From positions 39,841 through 103,840 of the IMG/VR virus record IMGVR_UViG_3300021356_000797: DNA of 64,000 nt. One strand, given 5' to 3'. The DNA comes from a virus. Shown here in pieces: positions 11,101 to 18,967 of this stretch. The stretch's first letter is position 1, and each line of letters begins with the position of its first letter. Under the pieces are notes generated by a model that did no database searches, was not told the origin of the DNA, and saw nothing but the letters and a program-made list of their open reading frames with translations. The position numbers and the translations under genes were made by a program.

Positions 11101-12697
11101 ACGTAGAGGGGCTACTCCTGCGGAAATTGATGTAACAATGGAATATGGTATAGGGCCAGGAATGAATGATAATTTTTCCGATGTAATGTCTCATGAGCTT
11201 GCCCATGTTTATAGTCTGGGATCTAAAGATTATATTTTAAATAATGAGTCTGCAAACGTAGCTCCTGGTATAGATAAAGAATATGAGCTTTTATGGAATA
11301 TAAACAAAGACACAAAAGATCAACCTTTTTATTCATATCAAAACCATTTAAATACTGGGTCAAAACCTATTAGTTATAATACTGCTTTAAACAGTGAAAT
11401 ACAAAATGTTGCTGACCGTTTAAATACTAGGTACCATAACATTTCTCCTGAAGAAACTAAAGCTGATGTATATGGTATCAGAAACTATCTTCTTAGAACT
11501 CAAGGTCAAGATTATGATCAACCCTTTACTAAAGAAAATTATGATTCTTTAATGAATGATGACAAATTTAAAGAAGGTTTGTTTTATAAGCGCATGCAAG
11601 AAAGATATGGTGATGATCAATCTAAATGGATGAAAGCTATGAATCTTATTGCTTCAAAAGAAGATGGTAAAAATTATAGAATGTATGCAGAACGTGGTGG
11701 GCAGTTGCCTAAAGCTCAAAAGGGTAATGGTGAAAAACACACTGTAGCATCAGGTGAAACATTCTATGGTATTGCTAATAAAAATGGTATTGCTTGGGAA
11801 GATCTTGTTAGTGCTAACCCAGGTGTTGATATAGAAAAACTTTCAGTTGGTCAGATCATTAATATCCCATCTGTTTCAAAATCAGGGGGTGTAAAAATTA
11901 CATACTCAGATCCTGAACTTAACATTCTTCAGCAAGAAAGAGAGCTTGGAAATATAAAACAATCAGAGCCAGAACAAGTAGAACAGGTTAAAATTACAAA
12001 GCAACCTGTTGAAACTAAAACTACTCAGGTATATGATGGTCCTGGTTATTTTCCAGAAGCGTTGCTACTTAAGCAAGCATATAAAGAATCTACATTTAAT
12101 CCGGCTGCTCAATCTAAGATTAAAGATCCGGCTCAAGGATTTGCCCAGTTTAGACCTATTACTGTAAGAGAATTGCAGAGACTAGGTTTTGCTGATGATA
12201 CATTTGATCCTTTTGATTACACTCAGTCTATTGGTGCTCAAAGAGATTATATGAACTATTTGTATACTAGACCATGGATAGATAAGCCTAATCAATCTGA
12301 AGAGGTGAGATTAGCAAAAACATTAGCAGCATATAATTGGGGACCAGAAGTATTTAAGACATTCTTGACTAATAAGAAAGCAGCTGGAGTAGATATATAT
12401 AACTCCTTAGATTGGGTAGATCAATTACCTGGAGAAACTGGTGATTATATTAATAAGATTTTATTAGATAGTGATGAGCAATTCCAGGCAGATTATCAAA
12501 AAGCTCTTAAAGACAGTGCTAACTTAAAGTACATTAACCTTTATAATCTAAAAGCAGGAGGAGAATCTCTACCAGTATATAATACATATAAGACTAAGAA
12601 TAGAGCTTGGTTAGCAGCGCGTAAAAATTTAGGCGCTAATAAGAAGTTTATGTACGGTGGTAAAGTTTACTCTACAAGCACACCTAAAGGGCTGTAA
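8162..12697 (+). CDS. Modular virion cargo protein: small basic domain, two tandem ART-like modules, zincin (HELAH), LysM, lytic transglycosylase (SLT)
   Basis: HELAH at 11192-11206; LysM 'HTVASGETFYGIA...LSVGQIINIP' at ~11738-11869; SLT 'KESTFNP..AQGFAQF..LAAYNWGP..ETGDYINKI' at ~12074-12460; internal duplication. Confidence 0.75.
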   Translation: MKGRITKTGYRRNSPDVNNDFNIIPSNRISMKGVDFPVLGIDNLGNTQLMHPGGEYEYQGDYVTELPMYGSGGLTQWFAEEWVDIKTGKKCGRSGKDKKGRPYPACRPSKRVNKTTPKTASELSAAEKAKFKRKKKSGKRIDYNHKRAQEGTEVPLNRSEVFNIPRTLRYENGNMVLQDKPVWDGMLDEVTITPYTQSEIAFQELMNNKATGGLEPVYPVFEVLSAGIKTPFTASAKALQTGVRKAPSVINPRYFKPNSNMYYRGIGKKGMEDALQSGLFRAKPADQIPARMVDLGSVGKVDMAKRFNKTYYSPRFNIADQYGAGYIAEVPKDAAKFSKRYKNTDWSMSTREQIPVSKGRILEKNWWSGYKPVKKYGGSLPKAQEGNSEAPLNRGEIFNIPRTMGYEDGKMVVQDKPIWDGMLDEVTITPYTQGNILSEYMMNNKATGGLEPVYPVFDLMTLGLKAPATAGVKAIQAGIKKAPSKLNPKYYNPNMYAKGNPNVMYRQVGKDAYQDFANSGFVRTKAEITDNPILGLLETQKEIKDVLRYNKEYRPSQYRHATDFRAPFFSRGKTTTIKDGGADYLIQTRPDKVGPNNFYSAQWNILHGDQPPVVGGFGIMDPMYRAADNFDVFKKSWWHGYKPVKQLGGSLTKYQVQGEVFPTMLDEVTVIDKGAPSAFGKGSSDRMGTTYTIPMNIKNARGYSQNGMRVLFDSPGKLAKDAQKEFRSQFGFNANKLKKNFKNIFSQDFITLGDDQTFQNAAYAGPMSLSNSYFINESDNIIEPRTISRSNTKVTTNLINNDRSALLADMARPGTKADFFNLFQQREGFRPYLEAKVSNGKVYDAKLGEEDVTSRSPFESNMINYLGSDAYFERLAGTQYNNEIDVNKWSTDKDYRKSYAERLKADKPEFLKNYYEGLSKTLANPIVAEIDHNLGSYASAGTHNHGTLTGQNVIDYNPYNFNNAFGGAEKRKEALIKELERRGATPAEIDVTMEYGIGPGMNDNFSDVMSHELAHVYSLGSKDYILNNESANVAPGIDKEYELLWNINKDTKDQPFYSYQNHLNTGSKPISYNTALNSEIQNVADRLNTRYHNISPEETKADVYGIRNYLLRTQGQDYDQPFTKENYDSLMNDDKFKEGLFYKRMQERYGDDQSKWMKAMNLIASKEDGKNYRMYAERGGQLPKAQKGNGEKHTVASGETFYGIANKNGIAWEDLVSANPGVDIEKLSVGQIINIPSVSKSGGVKITYSDPELNILQQERELGNIKQSEPEQVEQVKITKQPVETKTTQVYDGPGYFPEALLLKQAYKESTFNPAAQSKIKDPAQGFAQFRPITVRELQRLGFADDTFDPFDYTQSIGAQRDYMNYLYTRPWIDKPNQSEEVRLAKTLAAYNWGPEVFKTFLTNKKAAGVDIYNSLDWVDQLPGETGDYINKILLDSDEQFQADYQKALKDSANLKYINLYNLKAGGESLPVYNTYKTKNRAWLAARKNLGANKKFMYGGKVYSTSTPKGL
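8603..10108 (+). repeat. Tandem intragenic duplication (copy 1 ~8603-9295, copy 2 ~9308-10108)
   Basis: Both copies read AQEG..PLNR.E.FNIPRT..YE.G.MV.QDKP.WDGMLDEVTITPYTQ...MNNKATGGLEPVYPVF... and end WW.GYKPVK..GG; the middles diverge. Confidence 0.9.
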
Positions 12698-12716
12698 ATA
12701 TGGTAGTCTGCTATAA

Positions 12717-12737
12717 TTTTTGTATATTATAAATGAG
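12717..12737 (+). promoter_or_regulatory. Putative phage late promoter (motif copy 2)
   Basis: TTTTTGTATATTATAAATGAG upstream of ATG 12753. Confidence 0.55.
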
Positions 12738-12752
12738 ATATCGTAACTAGTT

Positions 12753-14114
12753 ATGTCAAAAAATATTCCCACAAATAAGAAGCTTTATGCTAGAGTAAAA
12801 GCAGAAGCTAAAAAGAAATTTGATAGATGGCCTTCTGCCTATGGATCTGCCTGGCTTGTAAAAGAATACAAGAAACGTGGCGGAGGTTATAGAAAGGCAG
12901 AAGAAGGAATGGAAGTTCCTGATTATGGTTACGGTGGCGGCATGAACTATGCAGACTATGCTTACATGTATGGTGGTGAAGATGCAGACATGATGGAATA
13001 TGCAAAGGGTGGTGGGATACCTGAGCGTTACAAGAACATGGGATTCACTAAAGTAGGTGTAAAGAAAAAGTCTACACGTCCTGGTAAAAAGTGGATGGTA
13101 CTTGCTAAGAAAGGAGACAAGTACAAAGTGGTACACGGTGGTTTTAAAGGAATGAAAGACTACACCCAACACGGTAGCTCTAAAAGACGTAAACGTTTTT
13201 GGGATAGAATGGGTGGTAAAGACTCTGCTAAAGCTAAAGATCCATTTAGCCCACTATACTGGCACAAGAGATTTGGTACCTGGGAAGAAGGTGGTGAAAT
13301 CTTTAATGAGGATTCTATGGATTTCTACGCACAAGGTGGTGGTACAGATAACCCAGGATTTAAAGCATTACCTCCAGAAGTACAGCAAAACATTCTAGAC
13401 AATATGGGTATTGGTGGTGAGTGCTATGCTTGTGGTGGTCAAAAGAAATATCAGCTTGGTGGTAAGCCTGGAAATCCATTTACTCAAGAAGAGTTGGATT
13501 ATATGGAGAGCATGTATCAACAACCTGATCTAGAATATTTACCTTATCCAGATGATACTGGTAACTTGGATGTAATGTACCCAAACCCAGCCATGGGGTT
13601 AGATGTAATGCCCCCAGACTCAACTATAGAGTTAGATGAAGTGGTAGTAACAGATACTAGACTTGGTGGTTTAAAGCCTAAGCCAATTCCAGATATGACT
13701 CCGGAAATGTTTGAGCCTGCTTTAATGCCGGTAACACTACCAGAAAGAGTGGAGTCTTATATAGAAGATCCAGAGAAAGAGGAAGAGCAAAAGAATAAGC
13801 CTAATAGAAGATTACAGTGGGCTATGGGTAGAATTGCTATGGCTAATGCTGCAAATCAGTTTATGGAAAACATGAATGACCGTAAACAAGAAGCTAAAAT
13901 GAGACAGAATCTTCTTACTGATAACTTTGTACCAATGATTACAGGTAATGACAGAGGAGACTATGATATAAATACAGGTATCTTTAGACCTGATGATTAT
14001 GTACCTACACAGTTTCAATCTTTTATGGCAAAGGGTGGACAGATTGGTATGGTAGATGAAGACATATTACAAGAACTTATTGCAGCAGGTGCTGACATTG
14101 AAATCTTAGACTGA
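12753..14114 (+). CDS. Modular virion/cargo protein with DUF5872-like N-terminus, DUF5754-like basic domain and many xxGG motifs
   Basis: 'KKLYARVKAEAKKKF..WPSAY.SAWLVKEYKKRGGGY' and 'KKWMV...VHGG..GMKDYTQH...RR..F..R......SPLYW'; family names from recall. Confidence 0.6.
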   Translation: MSKNIPTNKKLYARVKAEAKKKFDRWPSAYGSAWLVKEYKKRGGGYRKAEEGMEVPDYGYGGGMNYADYAYMYGGEDADMMEYAKGGGIPERYKNMGFTKVGVKKKSTRPGKKWMVLAKKGDKYKVVHGGFKGMKDYTQHGSSKRRKRFWDRMGGKDSAKAKDPFSPLYWHKRFGTWEEGGEIFNEDSMDFYAQGGGTDNPGFKALPPEVQQNILDNMGIGGECYACGGQKKYQLGGKPGNPFTQEELDYMESMYQQPDLEYLPYPDDTGNLDVMYPNPAMGLDVMPPDSTIELDEVVVTDTRLGGLKPKPIPDMTPEMFEPALMPVTLPERVESYIEDPEKEEEQKNKPNRRLQWAMGRIAMANAANQFMENMNDRKQEAKMRQNLLTDNFVPMITGNDRGDYDINTGIFRPDDYVPTQFQSFMAKGGQIGMVDEDILQELIAAGADIEILD

Positions 14115-16066
14115 TGAAGAAGATAAAAATTAATAAACTTCCTAAAGGCTTTCACAGAATGCCAGACGGCACAATCATGAGAGACTCAGACCACCAGAAA
14201 ATGCAAGCTGGTGGTCAACCTGTTTTAGGGCCAACACCTAGAGCAGCAGCTAATCTTGAAGCAGAAAAGGGAGAAACAGTTGTTACAGATTTAGATAATA
14301 ACATGATTCCTGAGCACTATAAGATTGGTGGTAAGAAGCACAGTGAAGGTGGTACACCTCTTAATCTTCCTCCCAAGTCTTTTATCTTTTCAGATCATAA
14401 GTCTATGTCAATTAAAGGTGATGACTTAAAGAAGTTTACTAACACTAGTAAAAAGTCTATGACCCCAGCAGCTATTGCAGGGTTAAAGAAGTTTGACATT
14501 AGTGAAGAGAATAAAATTCTAAAAGATCAAGATGCAGATAAAATGGCTAAGGCTACTGCAGAGCGTAACATTCAAGCTAAGCTTGTCAAGTTAGGAGAGC
14601 TTGCTATGCTTCAAGAGTCTAAGAAAGATTTTGATAATGGTATTCCTGAAATTGCGTTGCCATATTTAAAACGTAATGGAGTAACTCCTGAACAAGTAGA
14701 GATGATTAATGCAGAGCTTGAGCAGAGAAATATGATGGAAGAAATGGCTGCTTATGGTAAAGAGATGTATGGATGGGGTGGTCAAAAGAAAATGCAGGGA
14801 GGTGGTCAGCCTAATGTATCTTATGCTCCTGATGCATTAAAAGTATTTAATCAATATGGTCTAACATTTAGTTTACCTGGTGCAACTGCATACGCAGATG
14901 TACAGGGTTATAAAGGAGATGGTCTATTCGGTGATGCTGAAACTAACCTTCCTGGGTTCTTTGAAGAGTTTACTGGAGTGTACTCTGATATTGATGCACT
15001 TAAAGAATCTTTAGATGATTATGGTGTTAATGATGTAAACCCTGAAGTTAAGAAATTCCAAGAGTGGTATACTAATACCCACATTCCTGAAGTAGCAAAT
15101 CAGATTCGTGCTGAAGTAAAAGAGAAGAGAGGTTATGAGATGACTGATGATGAGTTCAACGGTCTTGTAACTGGTCTTACTAGTGAGTTTGGTTTTCAGG
15201 ATGGTAAGAAAGGATTTGGATTTGATGGTAAGATGGGTACTGTAACTTCTGGTAGAAGAAGGTTAGGTTACTCTATAGATCCTATTGAAGATACCCCGGA
15301 AATTACACCACCAGAAACTATTCCTTATGAAGGAGAGGGTAGTGATACTAATTTTTATCAGCAAGATCTTGTAAAGATTGGTGCTAAGCTTGCAGATAGA
15401 GCAAACAGATACTATGGTTATACTCAAAGATTACAACCATACTTACCTGATCCGGTATTCTTAGATCCTGAAAGAGAGTTGCAAGCTAATCAAGAGGCTT
15501 ATGCTACAGCTGCAGCTACTCAAGGTCTTGTGGGCAGAGGTCAAAATTTAGCCGGCAATCTTTCTTTAATGCAAGGAAAGCTGGCGGAGCAACAAGCTAA
15601 TACATTAGCTAGATATACAAACGCTAATAATCAAATAGCTAACAGCTTTGAGCTTAAGCGTGGAGATGCTATTAATGCTTTCCAAGAGTACAACGCATTG
15701 CAGAATAGACAGCAAGCTATGGATACTGCCATTGTTAACCAGCAGTATGATAACTTTAGACGTCAGAAAAGAAATGATTTGGCTAATCTATATGCACAAG
15801 CTTTAACTAACAGAGCAGAAACAGATCTTCTTAATGATCTGTATCCTCAATATAGTATTGAACCTTTAACTGGGGGTATGGGATACTTTACCGGTAGAGG
15901 TTGGGATCCTAATTCTGATATGACTGCTTATGATAAGTTCCGTCAACAGTATTTACAAACTACTTTAGGAGGCCCTAGAACTAAAGAAGAAGGCTCAGTA
16001 CAAAAGAAATATGGTGGTTCTGCCTATAACAGAATGGGATTGAGTAAATTTATCAAGCGTAAATAA
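14114..16066 (+). CDS. Putative virion cargo/ejection protein
   Basis: 'NLEAEKGE...GKKHSEGG..L....FIFSD' domain, Q/N/A-rich helical C-terminus, no Cys seen; crAss cargo-gene position. Confidence 0.6.
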   Translation: MKKIKINKLPKGFHRMPDGTIMRDSDHQKMQAGGQPVLGPTPRAAANLEAEKGETVVTDLDNNMIPEHYKIGGKKHSEGGTPLNLPPKSFIFSDHKSMSIKGDDLKKFTNTSKKSMTPAAIAGLKKFDISEENKILKDQDADKMAKATAERNIQAKLVKLGELAMLQESKKDFDNGIPEIALPYLKRNGVTPEQVEMINAELEQRNMMEEMAAYGKEMYGWGGQKKMQGGGQPNVSYAPDALKVFNQYGLTFSLPGATAYADVQGYKGDGLFGDAETNLPGFFEEFTGVYSDIDALKESLDDYGVNDVNPEVKKFQEWYTNTHIPEVANQIRAEVKEKRGYEMTDDEFNGLVTGLTSEFGFQDGKKGFGFDGKMGTVTSGRRRLGYSIDPIEDTPEITPPETIPYEGEGSDTNFYQQDLVKIGAKLADRANRYYGYTQRLQPYLPDPVFLDPERELQANQEAYATAAATQGLVGRGQNLAGNLSLMQGKLAEQQANTLARYTNANNQIANSFELKRGDAINAFQEYNALQNRQQAMDTAIVNQQYDNFRRQKRNDLANLYAQALTNRAETDLLNDLYPQYSIEPLTGGMGYFTGRGWDPNSDMTAYDKFRQQYLQTTLGGPRTKEEGSVQKKYGGSAYNRMGLSKFIKRK

Positions 16067-16080
16067 ACCTTGAAGGTTTA
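16064..16080. promoter_or_regulatory. 17-bp palindrome, candidate operator
   Basis: TAAACCTT-G-AAGGTTTA is a perfect inverted repeat upstream of the late-promoter motif; a related site lies at 41321-41337. Confidence 0.4.
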
Positions 16081-16094
16081 CTAAACTTACCAGA

Positions 16095-16118
16095 TTTTTT
16101 AGTATATTGTATATATAG
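16095..16118 (+). promoter_or_regulatory. Putative phage late promoter (motif copy 3)
   Basis: TTTTTTAGTATATTGTATATATAG upstream of ATG 16125. Confidence 0.55.
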
Positions 16119-16124
16119 ACTAGT

Positions 16125-18965
16125 ATGGCAACATTTATTCCAAATATAGGTGACGTAACTCCTGAAGTAGAGTACTTTAGACCTAATCTAGAACTTATGG
16201 CTGGCTACTTGGAAACAAGACAAGGCCAGTTTAATGCTGCTAGAGATGAGCTAAATACAATGTACAATACATTGATGTCTCTAGATCTTACATTAGATGA
16301 GAATAAGAAAAGACGAGAAGAGTACTTCAAGGCTGCAGACCAGCAGATTAAAAAGTTTGCTAATGTAGATATCAGCTTACCTGAAAACATTGCTGCTGCT
16401 AAACGTGTATTCAGTCCTTTGGTAGAAGATGAAGCAATGTCTGAAGATTTCTTGTTTACTAGCAAGATTAAAAATATCATAACTACTGCAGAAAAGTTTA
16501 GAAACAGTTCTGAGGAAGAGGATAGAGCTAGATATAATCCAGAATCAATTAAGTATGCTCAGTTAAAGCAACAGGAGTACATCAATGCTTCTCCGGAAGC
16601 AAGAAAAGGTGTATCTAATTCTACTGTTAGATACGTATCTAATGTCAATCTTATGGAGAAAGCTACGGCTTTAGCTAAAGAGATGGACTTAAATGTAACT
16701 ATAGATAGTATTACTGGAGGTTATAAAGTAACTAATAAGAATGGTCAGTTGATTACTCCTCAACTGCAACAGGCTTTTACTGATGCTTTTATGTCAGATC
16801 CTGAAGTTGTAGAATATTACGAGCAAAGAGCTTATGTGGATGTACAAAGTCAGATTCAAAGCTTGGCCCCTCAGCTTGGTTATCAGGGTGCTATAGATGC
16901 ACTATCTCAAACACTTCAGGCTTCTAGCCAATTACTATTTGCTAAAAATGCAGAAGAGGCAAAAAAAGCTAAAGAAGTTTTAGATGCTCAGCGTAGAATT
17001 ATTGAAAATAAAATTGAAACTGAAGGGATTGTTGAGGGCTCTGAAGCTCATAGAGACTACCTTAATGTTTTAAAGAATTTAGAAACAGCTTCTAATAACC
17101 AAGAAATTGCGGCTCAAGGTTTAGGCTTGTCTTTAAATCAATTAAACTCTACAGAAGAATTATATAGTCTGGCTTTCCGTTTATCACTTAGTGAAGATAT
17201 TCAACGTGCAGCCCAGATCTTATCTGATAGAGGTATGGAGCAAACTGTTAAAGAAGATGCGTTTGCACTAGAAGCTGTTAAACAGCAGAATAGATTAGAA
17301 CTTGCTTTATTTAAAGCAGAACTTGAGAATGCTGGAAGTTCTAGTTCAGGACAAAGTGGTGTTAGCTGGGATCCTGTACAAGCTGCAGTAGATGCCGGTG
17401 CTAGAAGCCGTGGTGCAGAAGGTACAGAATATGCTGGTAACTTAGATATCACTACTGCTAAATCTGCATTAAAAGGTTATGTAGATATAGAAGAAGATAT
17501 GTACCGTAAATTTATTACCAACTTCTTGAGTAAAGAAAATGGTGGATATCTCAGCAGCGTAGGTGGCGGTTCTGCAAATGGTAAGGCTGCTGTAGATGCG
17601 TATCTTGCAGAGTTAGATGCTTTAGGTCCTCTAGAAAGACAGGAAAGAATTGCAGATGATCTACTAGAGATTTCACAAAGTGGTCATAGCTATGATGCTA
17701 AAGCATTAGAAGATATGGAGGCTATGGTAAACAGCATTGCTGCAGCTAATAATGCAGTTAATGGAACTGTTTATCAATCTCACAGGCTATTACAACAGGA
17801 ATATGCAGGTCAACCAGATGAGCTAATGCTATCTGAGTTAATGTTTGATGATGCTGGTGTAATTTTATCTGAGAGCCAGTTTGTAAATCAAGCTACAGAT
17901 TTTGTAAATGCTAATATAGCACGTCAAGATGGGGGTAGAGGATTTGATCAAAATAGATATACTAGTTATAGACAAACTTTTGATAACTATGGTAGTGCAT
18001 ATCCTACTTATGCAGAAGCAGATCCAAATAAGTTAAAAGAACTTTATCAGGTATATAAAAATAATATTGATAATATCTATAAAAATAATAGTGTTAATGT
18101 TCATCAATACTTTGATCCAGATATAGTTGGGGGAGGTTCCAGCCGTGCATTTGAAGTTAATGCTTCATATGTTGCAGATCCTATGACTTACTACAATAAA
18201 AAGAAAGCAGGTCATCAGAATTCTAAAAAAGCATTTACAGTTATAGCTGGTACTGTTATGGCTGCTAAAAATTCAGATAGCTACATCTATCCTGGTTCAA
18301 TGATTGAAAATAATTATTTTGGACTAGATGCTTTTCCAGATGGGGAAGATAACAAGATGGTTATAGAAAACGCTGCAACAGAATTGCTTAATAGCTTTTT
18401 ACAAACCGCTCAAAAATCTAATGATGGTAGCTCTGTAGGTAGACCTACGGCTATAGTAGATGTTGCAAAAGGAATTACTATTGGAGATAAACGTTATGTA
18501 GCTACACAGATTACATTTGATGAAACCTATATGGCTGGATTAAAAGAAGATAATCCAGGTAAGTATAAAGATGCTCCAAGTAAATACACCATTTTTACAC
18601 CTCAAGAAGCTATGCCTGTTGGCTACTTCCCTAGTGATGGATCAGGAGCTTTAATGGCTTCTATTATAGCTAGTGGTGAACGCACTACACAATTCCCTCA
18701 AGGGCTAGGATCAGTTACTTATACTTATGATGATGAGTCTGGATTGATTCAAGTCTATGGTAAAATTAAAAGCCTTAATCCAGAAAATGGAGGCTATGAA
18801 ATGAGAGAGTATGTAGAGTCTGTAGATGAAGAAAACTTTGACATTGTAAGAAATTCTGTATGGAATGTAGTTCAGGCAACTCTTGAATCTAATGAACAAC
18901 GCTTAAAAGAATTAGAAGCGGCACAAGGTATTACAAGGGTTACTGATCCTAATAAATTAAAGTAA
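16125..18965 (+). CDS. Putative virion cargo/ejection protein
   Basis: 946 aa, helical N-half, no Cys seen; first gene of the giant-protein operon. Confidence 0.6.
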   Translation: MATFIPNIGDVTPEVEYFRPNLELMAGYLETRQGQFNAARDELNTMYNTLMSLDLTLDENKKRREEYFKAADQQIKKFANVDISLPENIAAAKRVFSPLVEDEAMSEDFLFTSKIKNIITTAEKFRNSSEEEDRARYNPESIKYAQLKQQEYINASPEARKGVSNSTVRYVSNVNLMEKATALAKEMDLNVTIDSITGGYKVTNKNGQLITPQLQQAFTDAFMSDPEVVEYYEQRAYVDVQSQIQSLAPQLGYQGAIDALSQTLQASSQLLFAKNAEEAKKAKEVLDAQRRIIENKIETEGIVEGSEAHRDYLNVLKNLETASNNQEIAAQGLGLSLNQLNSTEELYSLAFRLSLSEDIQRAAQILSDRGMEQTVKEDAFALEAVKQQNRLELALFKAELENAGSSSSGQSGVSWDPVQAAVDAGARSRGAEGTEYAGNLDITTAKSALKGYVDIEEDMYRKFITNFLSKENGGYLSSVGGGSANGKAAVDAYLAELDALGPLERQERIADDLLEISQSGHSYDAKALEDMEAMVNSIAAANNAVNGTVYQSHRLLQQEYAGQPDELMLSELMFDDAGVILSESQFVNQATDFVNANIARQDGGRGFDQNRYTSYRQTFDNYGSAYPTYAEADPNKLKELYQVYKNNIDNIYKNNSVNVHQYFDPDIVGGGSSRAFEVNASYVADPMTYYNKKKAGHQNSKKAFTVIAGTVMAAKNSDSYIYPGSMIENNYFGLDAFPDGEDNKMVIENAATELLNSFLQTAQKSNDGSSVGRPTAIVDVAKGITIGDKRYVATQITFDETYMAGLKEDNPGKYKDAPSKYTIFTPQEAMPVGYFPSDGSGALMASIIASGERTTQFPQGLGSVTYTYDDESGLIQVYGKIKSLNPENGGYEMREYVESVDEENFDIVRNSVWNVVQATLESNEQRLKELEAAQGITRVTDPNKLK

Positions 18966-18967
18966 CT

